A stretch of DNA of 32,000 bases from NCBI GenBank assembly GCA_903902915.1, contig CAIUWR010000039.1, forward strand, positions 7,594-39,593, written 5' to 3'. Positions 10,281 to 18,670 of the stretch are shown here, one piece after another. The notes beneath the pieces are model-generated. The model was not told the origin of the DNA and ran no database searches. It saw only the letters and a list, made by a program, of their open reading frames with translations. A program made the position numbers and the translations under genes. The DNA comes from an uncultured Hyphomicrobiales bacterium. Its GTDB lineage: Bacteria > Pseudomonadota > Alphaproteobacteria > Rhizobiales > Beijerinckiaceae. How positions within the stretch are numbered: the stretch's first letter is position 1; every line of letters starts with the position of its first letter.

Positions 10281-10811
10281 ATGAAAAACTCTGTTTTGGC
10301 CGCCTCCTTGCTGATGGTCTTCGGTTCGGCCGCCATGGCCAAGGAATATCCCGTCGGCAAGCCGCAGACTGTGGCGGGCATGGAGATCGGCGCGGTCTAT
10401 TTGCAGCCCATCGAAATGGAGCCCGCAGGCATGATGGGCGACGCCAAGGATACGGACGTGCATCTGGAGGCCGACATCAAGGCCGCCAAGGACAACAAGA
10501 ACGGCTTCGCCCAGGGCGACTGGATCCCCTATCTCAGCGTCACCTACGAGCTGAGCAAGGCGGGCGACGCGACGGTGCAGAAGGGCCCCTTCATGCCCAT
10601 GGTGGCCAACGACGGCCCGCATTACGGCGACAACGTGAAGATGATGGGTCCGGGCAAATATCTGCTCAAGCTGACCGTCTCGCCCCCCGACGCCCACAGC
10701 CATTTCGGCCGCCATGTGGACAAGGAGACCGGCGTTGCGCCATGGTTCAAGCCATTCACCGTCGAATACGAATTCACCTATGCCGGCACCGGCAAGAAAG
10801 GCGCTTACTGA
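10281..10811 (+). CDS. ftrA: periplasmic iron-binding protein, P19/FtrA family
   Basis: ATG at 10281 with GGAGA upstream and a signal peptide (MKNSVLAASLLMVFGSAAMA). EYPVG...MEIGAVYLQPIEMEP...HLEADI...GPHYGDNV is P19/Tpd-like. It lies in the genomic context of an FTR1 permease. Confidence 0.85.
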   Translation: MKNSVLAASLLMVFGSAAMAKEYPVGKPQTVAGMEIGAVYLQPIEMEPAGMMGDAKDTDVHLEADIKAAKDNKNGFAQGDWIPYLSVTYELSKAGDATVQKGPFMPMVANDGPHYGDNVKMMGPGKYLLKLTVSPPDAHSHFGRHVDKETGVAPWFKPFTVEYEFTYAGTGKKGAY

Positions 10812-10813
10812 TC

Positions 10814-12205
10814 ATGTCCACACGCGCAGTCCGCAACAAAGCCCGGATTCGTGACGCGCTGGTGGCTGGCGTGTGCCTGTTCGCCGCGCCAGCCTTGGCG
10901 GCTGACGCCCGGCCAGACTGGCTGCCGGAGGGATCGCTGGGCACGGGCCTGCCCATGCTGGCCGATCCGGGCGGCTTGCGGGCGGCGCTGTGGGAGCGCG
11001 GCTTCAAATATCAGCTGAACTATCTGGGCGATCTGTTTCACAACCAGAGCGGCGGGATCAGGGCAGGCACGGCCTATAGCAGCCGCCTCGAACTGGTGGT
11101 GGATGGCGACCTCGAGAAGGCCGCAGGCTGGAGCGGGGCGGCGGTGCACGCCAACGCCTATCAGATCAACGGGTCAGGCCCGACGCGCTCCTTTGTTGGC
11201 AATCTCATGCCGATCAGCGACATCGAGGCCCTGCCCGCGACGCGGCTCTACGAGGCCTGGATGGAGCAGAAATTCGCCGATGGCAAACTCGCCGTGCGGG
11301 CGGGGCAGCTGGGGGCGGATACGGAATTCATCGTCAGCAACTACGCCGCGCTGGTCATCAACGGAACCTTCGGCTGGCCCGCCATCACCACCAATGATTT
11401 GCCCAGCGGCGGCCCCGCCTATCCGCTGGCGACCCCCGCCGTGCGGCTGGGCTTCTACCCAACGGACAAGCTGAGCGTGCTGGTGGGCCTCTTCAACGGC
11501 GACCCCGCCGGTCGCAGCAATCCCGATCCCCAGGTCGCCAACCGCTATGGGCTGAATTTCCGCGTCAGCGACCCCGCTTTCATGATCAGCGAAGTCCAGT
11601 ACAAATACGGCGACGACAAGAGCCCCGAGGGGCTTTCAGGCACGGCCAAGCTTGGCGCCTGGTCGCATTTCGGCAAATTCTCCGATCAGCGTTATGACGT
11701 GGATGGCCAGTCGCTCGCCCTCGGCGCGGGGGAGGCCCTCCAGCGCCGGGGAAATCGCGGCGTCTATGGCGTGGTGGATCAGCAAGTTTATCGCCTCGCG
11801 GACGATCCGGCCAAGGGCGTCGGCGTCTTCGCGCGGCTCGCGGGCGCGCCCTCCGACCGCAATCTCGTCGATTTCTATGCGGACGCGGGCGTGCTGGTCA
11901 CCGGCATGATCCCCAATCGCCCCGACGACGCGGTCAGCGCGGGCGTCGCCTATGCGCGGATCAGTCGCGCCACGGTTGGGCTCGATCAGGATATGATCAC
12001 CGTCAGTGGAATCCCCGGTCCCGTCCGGTCGTCGGAGATTTTGCTGGAGGCGACCTATTCGGCGCAGATCGCGCCCGGCTGGACGCTTCAGCCTAACGTC
12101 CAGTATGTGGTGCGTCCGGGCGGCGGAGCCCCGGACCCCTACGACCCGACCCGCACCTTGCGAAACGCAGCCGTCTTCGGCCTGCGCACCACGTTGAAGT
12201 TCTAG
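10814..12205 (+). CDS. carbohydrate-selective porin, OprB family
   Basis: Start MSTRAV at 10814, 2 nt after the ftrA stop, with a signal peptide ending in ALA. GFKYQLNYLGDLFHNQSGG...LYEAWMEQKF...GQLGADTEF and the C-terminal ...FGLRTTLKF are typical of OprB-type beta-barrels. Confidence 0.85.
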   Translation: MSTRAVRNKARIRDALVAGVCLFAAPALAADARPDWLPEGSLGTGLPMLADPGGLRAALWERGFKYQLNYLGDLFHNQSGGIRAGTAYSSRLELVVDGDLEKAAGWSGAAVHANAYQINGSGPTRSFVGNLMPISDIEALPATRLYEAWMEQKFADGKLAVRAGQLGADTEFIVSNYAALVINGTFGWPAITTNDLPSGGPAYPLATPAVRLGFYPTDKLSVLVGLFNGDPAGRSNPDPQVANRYGLNFRVSDPAFMISEVQYKYGDDKSPEGLSGTAKLGAWSHFGKFSDQRYDVDGQSLALGAGEALQRRGNRGVYGVVDQQVYRLADDPAKGVGVFARLAGAPSDRNLVDFYADAGVLVTGMIPNRPDDAVSAGVAYARISRATVGLDQDMITVSGIPGPVRSSEILLEATYSAQIAPGWTLQPNVQYVVRPGGGAPDPYDPTRTLRNAAVFGLRTTLKF

Positions 12206-12226
12206 GCTCCGAAGGTGCTGACATCC

Positions 12227-12562
12227 ATGCGCAAGCTTCCGCTCCTCATCGCCACCCTCATCTGCGCCGCGCTGGCGAACGCAGGCGCGCGCGCCGAGGA
12301 TCCGACCTTCCGCATCGAATTCAAGGATGGCGTCGTCACCCCCAACCGCTTCGAGGCGCCCGCCAAGACGCGCATCGTGCTCGAACTGGTCAATACAGGC
12401 GAAACGCCCGCCGAATTCGAAAGCAAGGAGCTGCGCAAGGAGAAGGTGCTGGCGCCTGGAACCAGTTCGACCCTCGTGCTGCGCGCTCTCGATCCCGGCG
12501 AATATGACTTCATCGACGATTTCCATCCCGAGGCGCCCGCCTCCGTGCTGGTGGCGAAGTGA
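12227..12562 (+). CDS. ftrB: periplasmic cupredoxin-like protein, FtrB-like
   Basis: Signal peptide, then a small beta-rich domain (RIVLELVNTGETPAEFES...PGEYDFIDDFHPE). Its position immediately upstream of the FTR1 permease matches FtrABCD systems. Confidence 0.7.
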   Translation: MRKLPLLIATLICAALANAGARAEDPTFRIEFKDGVVTPNRFEAPAKTRIVLELVNTGETPAEFESKELRKEKVLAPGTSSTLVLRALDPGEYDFIDDFHPEAPASVLVAK

Positions 12563-13422
12563 TGAACACGCAGCTTGGCAATATCGTCTTCATCGTCTGG
12601 CGCGAGAGCATCGAGGCGCTGCTGGTGATCGGCATCCTCAACGCCTGGCTGTCCCAGCAAGGCGACGCCGCCCGGCGTGGGCGCGGCTTCCTGTGGGCGG
12701 GCGTGGGCGCGGGGCTCGTCACGGCTTTTGCGCTGGGCGCGGGGCTGATCAGCCTCGGCGACCATCTCGATCCCGACACGATGGAGCTCTACCAGACCGG
12801 CCTCGTGCTGCTGGCGGCCTTGCTCATCGTGCAGATGGTGTTCTGGATGCGCAAGCAGGGCCGCACGCTGAAGCGTGATCTGGAAGGCGCCTTGCAGGGC
12901 GCCGCCGACCGCAACAACTGGTGGGGCGTCTTCGCGCTGGCGGCCATCGCCGTGGCGCGCGAGGGCAGCGAAACTGTGGTGTTTCTCGCAGGCACGATCT
13001 CGGCCGCGCGCAATGGCGCGCTGGGCGTGGCCATTGGCGCGGCCGCTGTGGGCCTCGCCATTGCGGTGGCCACCTATGGCGTACTGCAACTGGGCGGGCG
13101 CTATCTCACTTGGCGCACCTTTTTCCGCATCACCGAGACCATGCTGCTGTTGCTGGCGGGCGCCCTGCTGGTGACCGCGACCGACAAGCTCATGGGGCTC
13201 GACCTGCTGCCTCCCCTGTCGGGGCGCCTGTGGGACACCTCATTCGTCGTGCCCGACAGCGGTCCTGTGGGCGGGCTGATCGCTGGCCTCACCGGCTATC
13301 GGGCGAAGCCCGATCTGTCGCAGGTGCTGGCGCTCGCGCTCTACTGGGGCGCCATGCTATGGCTTCTGCGCCCCAAGGGCGCCAAAAGCCCCACCCAGAC
13401 CAAAGGCCTGAAGGCCGCCTGA
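12559..13422 (+). CDS. ftrC: FTR1/EfeU-family high-affinity iron permease
   Basis: Two REXXE motifs (WRESIEALL and AREGSETVVF) in a polytopic membrane protein. Its start overlaps the ftrB stop (GTGATG). Confidence 0.9.
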   Translation: MMNTQLGNIVFIVWRESIEALLVIGILNAWLSQQGDAARRGRGFLWAGVGAGLVTAFALGAGLISLGDHLDPDTMELYQTGLVLLAALLIVQMVFWMRKQGRTLKRDLEGALQGAADRNNWWGVFALAAIAVAREGSETVVFLAGTISAARNGALGVAIGAAAVGLAIAVATYGVLQLGGRYLTWRTFFRITETMLLLLAGALLVTATDKLMGLDLLPPLSGRLWDTSFVVPDSGPVGGLIAGLTGYRAKPDLSQVLALALYWGAMLWLLRPKGAKSPTQTKGLKAA

Positions 13423-13424
13423 CC

Positions 13425-14837
13425 ATGTTGAACCCCGCGCAGAGGACCACGCGCTTCGATCTGGCGCTGGCGCAGGCCGGCGAATGGTTGAAGACCCATC
13501 AGACGCTGATAAGGCGTCTGCAATGGCTTGTGGTGGGCGTCTACGCCTTTCTCATCGTCACGCCCGCGTTGCTGCCCCTGCCGGGCCGCGCGGCGCATAT
13601 CTGGAACGACCTCACCCTCTTCGCCCAATTCGCCTTCTGGGGCATATGGTGGCCCTTCGTGCTCGTCAGCATGGCGCTGGTCGGGCGGCTTTGGTGCGGG
13701 CTGCTCTGCCCGGAGGGCGCGCTTTCGGAAGCCGTCGCCGAGCGAGGACGCGGCCTCGCCGTGCCGCAATGGATCCAGTGGCGCGGCTGGCCCTTCGTGG
13801 CCTTCGCCATGACCACGGTCTATGGCCAGATGACGAGCGTCTATCAATATCCCGGCCCCGCTTTGGTGGTGCTGGGCGGCTCCACGGGGGCCGCAATGGT
13901 GGTGGGCTATCTGTGGGGCCGCAACAAGCGGGTCTGGTGCCGCTATCTGTGCCCGGTGACCGGAGTCTTCGCCCTCATCTCCAAACTGGCGCCCTTCCAT
14001 TTCCGCGTGGACACCAGCGCCTGGCTCGATTGGGCCAAGCCGCGCGGCGAGCAGCCCGAGACCCTGAACTGCGCCCCTTTGGTGGCGGTGAAGACCATGC
14101 GCGGCGCCAGCCAGTGCCATATGTGCGGACGATGCAGCGGCTTTCGCAGCGCCGTGACCCTGGCGCGCCGCTCGCCCAACGCCGAAATCGTGGATGTGGC
14201 GGGGCTGCGGCCCAAGCCCTGGGACACGATGCTGATCGTCTTCGGCCTGATGGGACTGGCGGCGGGCGCCTTCCACTGGGGCGCGAGCCCCCTCTATGTG
14301 CAGATGAAGCAGACGCTGGCCGAATGGCTGGTCAACCAGGACATCATGTGGCCGCTGGAGCCGATCCTGCCATGGTTCGTTCTGACCAATTATCCCGCCG
14401 TGAACGATGTGATGACGCCGCTCGATGGCGCGGTGCTGATCGCCTATATCCTCGGCTTCATGCTGGCGCTGGCCCTCCCCGTATGTCTGTGCCTCGTGGG
14501 CGCCACGCTGGCCAGCGGACGCTTCGCCATGGCCCGCCTGCATCATTACGCGCAAGCGCTGATCCCCATGGCGAGCTGCGGCGTGTTCCTCGGCCTCTCC
14601 TCCCTCACCGTGACCATGCTGCGCGCCGAAGGCCTCGCGCTGGACTTCGTGGGCGTGCTGCGCGCCCTGCTGCTGGGCGGCGCCGTGCTCTGGTGCCTGC
14701 AACTGGCCTGGCTGATCAGCGCCAAATATGCGCCCGGCATCGCGCGCCGTCTGGCCGCCACCCTGTTCGTGGGGGCGGCGGCGGGTCTGGGCGCCTTCGC
14801 CTGGGCGAGCCTGTTCTGGCGGCTGGCCCGGCTTTGA
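13425..14837 (+). CDS. ftrD: membrane polyferredoxin (NapH/MauN-like 4Fe-4S protein), FtrD-like
   Basis: ATG at 13425, 2 nt after the ftrC stop. Cys clusters CGLLCPEG, CRYLCPVTG and CHMCGRCSGF are embedded among transmembrane segments. Confidence 0.8.
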   Translation: MLNPAQRTTRFDLALAQAGEWLKTHQTLIRRLQWLVVGVYAFLIVTPALLPLPGRAAHIWNDLTLFAQFAFWGIWWPFVLVSMALVGRLWCGLLCPEGALSEAVAERGRGLAVPQWIQWRGWPFVAFAMTTVYGQMTSVYQYPGPALVVLGGSTGAAMVVGYLWGRNKRVWCRYLCPVTGVFALISKLAPFHFRVDTSAWLDWAKPRGEQPETLNCAPLVAVKTMRGASQCHMCGRCSGFRSAVTLARRSPNAEIVDVAGLRPKPWDTMLIVFGLMGLAAGAFHWGASPLYVQMKQTLAEWLVNQDIMWPLEPILPWFVLTNYPAVNDVMTPLDGAVLIAYILGFMLALALPVCLCLVGATLASGRFAMARLHHYAQALIPMASCGVFLGLSSLTVTMLRAEGLALDFVGVLRALLLGGAVLWCLQLAWLISAKYAPGIARRLAATLFVGAAAGLGAFAWASLFWRLARL

Positions 14838-14978
14838 GATTGCTCGAAACCTGCAATTCCACCCATTGAAAAGACTGATCAATTTTTGAACTTCATGAAG
14901 TTTTAATCACTTCTACCTTAAACTTTTCGCCATAAGCGCCGTCTTGAATGTGAGCCCGGAGCTTCCTCGACAGGCGTC

Positions 14979-15716
14979 TTGAACATGATGATCTCTTCCG
15001 TCGGCCCGTCCCTGTTTCCCCAGACAAGCGCCCTTGTCGCCAACCTCAAGGCCAATGGCCTTTCGGTCGACAAGGCGGCGCTGGTCGCCACGGACGCCAA
15101 GGCGGCCGTCGCACAGGTTGGCAGCGTCAAACGAGGCCCGGAAGGCAAAACCGCGCTGCGCGACGCGCTGAAAGAGCGCATCAACGCAGATGTGACGGCT
15201 GGCAAACTCTCGGCTGACGACGCCAACGCGATTTTCCAGACGTTCGCGCAAATGGACCCCGCCAATCAGAACGGCGGTCAGACGTCAGGCGGACAGGGCG
15301 GCGCACCCGGCGGCGGCGCTGGCCAACAGGCCCCCCAGGACGACGACGCGACGACGACGACGAAGGGTGCGGGCGCCAAGACGGCAAAGGGCGCTGGCGG
15401 ACCCAAGGGCGGCGGTGGGGGCGGCGGTGGCGGCGGCGACTCCTCCAGCAAAACGGTCCTGAGCGAAACCATCACCGTCAGCGGCGCTTTGGAGACGATC
15501 ACCACACTTTATACGGACGGCACCTCCGAGACGAAAACGCAGGCGGCCACCTCCGGCACAACGAGCGACACCTACAGCAAAAACGCCATCGCCGATCAGG
15601 CGAAGGCCAGCACGGCGTCAACCGACAGCAATGCGGCGAATAGCGTCGTCAGCAAGGTGCAGAGCTACTTGTCCACGATCCAGCCTGGCTCCCTTTTTGA
15701 TATTCTGGTGCAATGA
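14979..15716 (+). CDS. Gly/Thr/Ala-rich hypothetical protein
   Basis: 245-aa ORF with an AT-rich upstream region. It contains a GGGGGGGGGG run and a T/S-rich tail. No family was recognised. It is the last GC-rich gene before the compositional break. Confidence 0.45.
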   Translation: MNMMISSVGPSLFPQTSALVANLKANGLSVDKAALVATDAKAAVAQVGSVKRGPEGKTALRDALKERINADVTAGKLSADDANAIFQTFAQMDPANQNGGQTSGGQGGAPGGGAGQQAPQDDDATTTTKGAGAKTAKGAGGPKGGGGGGGGGGDSSSKTVLSETITVSGALETITTLYTDGTSETKTQAATSGTTSDTYSKNAIADQAKASTASTDSNAANSVVSKVQSYLSTIQPGSLFDILVQ

Positions 15717-15924
15717 GCGGGCAGGCTTGACCGCCCTGTTTAGATTAGCCTGGATTCGCATATATCTGGCGCTGGTCCAGCTCCGAAATTTCCATGCGCG
15801 ACGCCGTCCTCGACCTGTGAGCCCGTCCCGAACGACGGGCGGCGCTGCTTGTGGGAACGAGCCGCTCAGGTGAGCGACGACAGAACCGTTCCGCGCGCCA
15901 GATATTGCCAAAATTTGATTTTGC

Positions 15925-15979
15925 TGGTGCTGCGAGACAGGATTGAACTGTCGACCTCTCCATTACCAATTAAATATAG
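15925..15979 (-). repeat. att-type direct repeat, copy 1: 3' 45 nt of tRNA-Thr(GGU) (positions 32-76 including CCA) plus 10 nt of extension
   Basis: The reverse complement is TTGGTAA-TGGAG-AGGTC-GACAG-TTCAATC-CTGTC-TCGCAGC-A-CCA. This folds as anticodon loop (GGT), 3' anticodon stem, variable loop, complete T-arm, 3' acceptor strand, discriminator and CCA. The 5' half of the tRNA is absent. It is identical to 22966-23010. Confidence 0.85.
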
Positions 15980-16024
15980 CGTAGCAAAAACAGCTATTTT
16001 AAAGGGGTTTTTGAGGCTTGCAGC

Positions 16025-16060
16025 TATCCGTTTACGATCCGCTTATGCTGTATCCGTTTA
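16025..16060 (+). repeat. three direct copies of an ATCCG(T/C)TTA motif near the left island end (candidate integrase arm-type sites)
   Basis: tATCCGTTTA at 16025-16034, gATCCGCTTA at 16036-16045 and tATCCGTTTA at 16051-16060. The same motif recurs as an inverted pair at 22858-22904. Confidence 0.5.
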
Positions 16061-16275
16061 ATTTCCTACGAACATACTAGAACTTAACAATTAGGAAAGC
16101 ACCTCAGTCATAGACTATTTATATCGATAAAACAGATATTTGGACACAAATTCTGCTTCTCTAATTGCTCTAAATCAGCAAACAAAAAACTTTCATCGCC
16201 GAGCACGATTATGCTTTCTTTCCTACCAAGATGCTATTATCTGGATTGGCTGTCCACTCGATAGGAGACAGCAAA

Positions 16276-16719
16276 ATGGCTCACCTAAAGTCCCTCACAT
16301 TCACTGTCGCTCCCCAGCAGATTGCTCGAAATCCTAAGCTGGTTCGTCGGCAGCGGCTCATCGACCGCCTCGAAGAGCAACAGAAGCTTGTAGCCGATCC
16401 AGCTTTCACCGTGCTGGTCCGCCGATGGGTGAAAGATCCTGACGGTATCAAGCAGCCCGTGGATCGGCACAGGCGGGTGAAGCCTTGGTGGAAGGCTGAT
16501 GGTGCTGGTAATCTCGTGCTTGTGCTGAAGAGCGGCTTGAAGACCATAGAGATCGAAAAGGGAAAGCCAGGTATCGTCGTCGGGGCTCTAGGGCGGCTGG
16601 AGGCGGTTCTGACGACCTTAATAGCCGCTGCTAAGGCTGGGGAGCTTGATGGTGCTCTGGAGGCTGCCAGCGGCTCTGGCGATGGGCGTGGTGTGCCTGG
16701 GCGGGCGAAGGCGGCGTGA
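16276..16719 (+). CDS. hypothetical protein (MAHL... family), paralogous to 23225..23689
   Basis: ATG at 16276 with AGGAGA upstream. It shares MAHL, RVKPWW/RVKEWW and AGELD blocks with the island-2 protein and is followed by a strong terminator. Confidence 0.7.
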   Translation: MAHLKSLTFTVAPQQIARNPKLVRRQRLIDRLEEQQKLVADPAFTVLVRRWVKDPDGIKQPVDRHRRVKPWWKADGAGNLVLVLKSGLKTIEIEKGKPGIVVGALGRLEAVLTTLIAAAKAGELDGALEAASGSGDGRGVPGRAKAA

Positions 16720-16741
16720 AAGACCCTTTCCTTGTAGCGTG

Positions 16742-16770
16742 ATAGCCCCGATAGTAGTCGGGGCTATTTT
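16742..16770 (+). terminator. rho-independent terminator
   Basis: Perfect 10-bp stem ATAGCCCCGA / TCGGGGCTAT with a 6-nt loop, followed by a T-run. Confidence 0.65.
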
Positions 16771-16772
16771 AT

Positions 16773-16783
16773 GGGGGGGGGGG
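16773..16783 (+). repeat. homopolymeric G11 tract, 7 nt upstream of the HNH nuclease start codon
   Basis: Read directly: atGGGGGGGGGGGctacgatATG. Confidence 0.95.
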
Positions 16784-16790
16784 CTACGAT

Positions 16791-17525
16791 ATGGACGCCG
16801 AGGGCAAACGTAATCCGACTTGGACCCGAGATGAGCTTATCCTCACTTTGGACTTCTATGTCCAATGCCAAGGGAACCCCCCAGCCAAAGATAGCAAACC
16901 GATAAAAGAGCTATCGGATTTATTGAATGGATTGGGTAATGCTTCCAACAAAATTTCGGACAAGTTCCGGAATATAAATGGCGTATATATGAAAATTATG
17001 AATTTCAGACGCTTCGATCCTCAATATGCGTCTAAAGGCGCAGTAGGTCTAAGCCGGGGTGGAAAGGGCGATGAGGAAGTTTGGAACGAGTTTATAAATC
17101 GACCTCTTGTTCTCAAAGCGGTGGCTTCGTCAATTCGTGCCAACCTATCGCAAGAACCCGAAACTCAAGAACAGCTTTCAGAAGAACTAGAAATAGCCGA
17201 GGCTGAAGAAGGTCATATTCTAACTCGAATTCATTTATTTCGGGAACGTAATCGTGAATTGGTCAAGAAGAAAAAAGCCGACACATTGAAGCGCACGGGC
17301 TCCTTATCTTGTGAGGTGTGTTCCTTTGACTTTGCAAAAGCATACGGCGTTAGGGGGGAAGGCTTTGCTGAGGTTCATCATACAAAACCGCTACACACCC
17401 TCCAGCCAGGCACCAAAACCAAGCTTGAGGACCTTGCAGTTCTCTGCGCTAACTGCCACCGAATGGTGCACGCTAAAAAACCTTGGCTTGAGATTATCGA
17501 GCTAAAAAATATGCTCGAAAAGTGA
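16791..17525 (+). CDS. HNH endonuclease, McrA/COG3183-like putative restriction nuclease
   Basis: The C-terminal region (CEVCSFDF...GFAEVHHTKPL...LAVLCANCHRMVH) is a CxxC...HH...CxxCH HNH zinc-finger nuclease motif arranged as in E. coli McrA. The N-terminal region (RNINGVYMKIMNFRRFDP...EEVWNEF) resembles predicted HNH restriction enzymes. Confidence 0.8.
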   Translation: MDAEGKRNPTWTRDELILTLDFYVQCQGNPPAKDSKPIKELSDLLNGLGNASNKISDKFRNINGVYMKIMNFRRFDPQYASKGAVGLSRGGKGDEEVWNEFINRPLVLKAVASSIRANLSQEPETQEQLSEELEIAEAEEGHILTRIHLFRERNRELVKKKKADTLKRTGSLSCEVCSFDFAKAYGVRGEGFAEVHHTKPLHTLQPGTKTKLEDLAVLCANCHRMVHAKKPWLEIIELKNMLEK

Positions 17526-18012
17526 AATAATTTTCAAAAATGTCTGAATTAAGCATTACCGCCGCCTAAATAGAATTGAAGGGGCGTTAATTGGCGTCCA
17601 TTGAAACTTCCGATAAAGCTGGGGGCAGCAGTAATCAGCCCCACCCACGTGGTTGCGAGACTACAGGTGACTATCTCTCGGCGGAAGGAGAACCAAAAAA
17701 ATACGCACTGAGCCCGCAGGGGAGTAAGAGCTTGAAGTACAGCTCCGCTACCATCGCCTACACTAGGTTACTCAGAGAGCGAATTTTGGTATTTCGAAAA
17801 GCCGTCGAAGCCTTAGAGCAATGACGGCACGATGGGGGCTACGTTGACAATTGCGACCCCCGAGCACACAGACGTCGCCTGATTGGCTCTGTTGTTGCTG
17901 GCGTTGATGGACAGGACAGAAATGGGAGAGCGCACGACCGCCCCATACCTCTAAATGAGGTGTTCCTAATCAGGGTGTATGACGGGGGCGCTAGACGCAT
18001 AACCAGAATACG

Positions 18013-18039
18013 ACACTTCGGCTGTAGAGGCCGAAGTGT
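18013..18039 (+). other. perfect 10-bp stem-loop in a long non-coding stretch
   Basis: ACACTTCGGC-tgtagag-GCCGAAGTGT. A third partial copy (ACACTTC, 18050-18056) could pair alternatively with the 3' arm. Confidence 0.5.
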
Positions 18040-18217
18040 GTTCTGAAAACACTTCCGCAGCTAATAAGAGAACAATAATTGATTAGCTAATTAGTAGCTA
18101 AAGAAAAATACAGGACCAACGAACGAGCGAACGAAGAGAGCGAGTGAGTGTTCCGAAGGAACGAATTGATAGCTCTAGAAAATAATCTGAAAACCAATAA
18201 GAAAGGGAACGAACAAA

Positions 18218-18415
18218 ATGAAATTAATTTCCACTGAAGAAAAAATCGAACTTCTCAAGAACCTACTAGCTGATCCTGATGATTGGATTAGCCGAGAAAT
18301 TCTCTCTCTGGTCTATCAGTTCGAAGAAACCGATGAAGACCAGCAGCAGCGAAGCGTAGCGAGCTTGCCGAAGGCAATCACTCGAAACAAGATTACCTCT
18401 ATCAATACCCAATAA
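18218..18415 (+). CDS. small acidic hypothetical protein
   Basis: 65-aa ORF with AAGGGA upstream. It is the first gene of a same-strand string of tightly spaced ORFs. Confidence 0.4.
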   Translation: MKLISTEEKIELLKNLLADPDDWISREILSLVYQFEETDEDQQQRSVASLPKAITRNKITSINTQ

Positions 18416-18475
18416 ATAATTCGTCCGTAAAAACGGAATTCCCACCAAATACCGATTTAAAATAGGATTAATTAA

Positions 18476-18661
18476 ATGAGATTAGCAGACAGTTACAGAG
18501 GAAAAGATGGCTACACGCTATCTTCTCTCATCGCCAGATCCAAGATTGTTGAGATTGTCGAGGTCTCATCCACCAGCGAGATTTCTAAGAAGCTCGATGA
18601 AATCAAAAAAGTGATATCAAAAAACTCTGGCAGTTTCACTATCATAGCATTCAAGCAATAA
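18476..18661 (+). CDS. small hypothetical protein
   Basis: 61-aa ORF with AGGA upstream. It is 9 nt from the next ORF. Confidence 0.4.
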   Translation: MRLADSYRGKDGYTLSSLIARSKIVEIVEVSSTSEISKKLDEIKKVISKNSGSFTIIAFKQ

Positions 18662-18670
18662 GGATTTTCA

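Noticed and set aside
10247-10813. N-terminal extension of the 652-aa ORF upstream of the porin
   Set aside because: It overlaps ftrA in another frame and translates as Arg/Gly-rich nonsense. The porin has its own ATG and signal peptide at 10814.
12921-13424. N-terminal extension of the 638-aa ORF upstream of ftrD
   Set aside because: It overlaps the ftrC coding frame. The ATG at 13425 directly follows the ftrC stop and begins a sensible membrane-protein sequence.
13341-14882. 513-aa minus-strand ORF opposite ftrD, and similar ORFs at 11636..12526, 12202..13089 and 5975..6676
   Set aside because: They are shadow ORFs opposite well-supported plus-strand genes, with Arg/Gly/Ala/His-rich low-information translations.
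14889-14902. 14-bp perfect palindrome AACTTCATGAAGTT downstream of ftrD
   Set aside because: It matches no operator consensus I know (not Fur-like) and is a single occurrence in an AT-rich spacer. It is noted but not interpretable.
15409-15440. GGC/GGT-rich run as a possible VNTR or non-coding repeat
   Set aside because: It lies in frame inside the 14979..15716 ORF and encodes a poly-Gly stretch. It is not a spaced repeat array.
15925-15969. An intact tRNA gene at the island boundary
   Set aside because: Only positions 32-76 are present. The sequence where the 5' anticodon stem, D-arm and 5' acceptor strand should be cannot pair (TTTAA versus the required CTCCA). The same is true of the copy at 22966-23010.
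17591-17824. 77-aa ORF with a TTG start
   Set aside because: It has no convincing ribosome-binding site, an alternative start codon and a nondescript translation. I treated the region as non-coding or uncertain.
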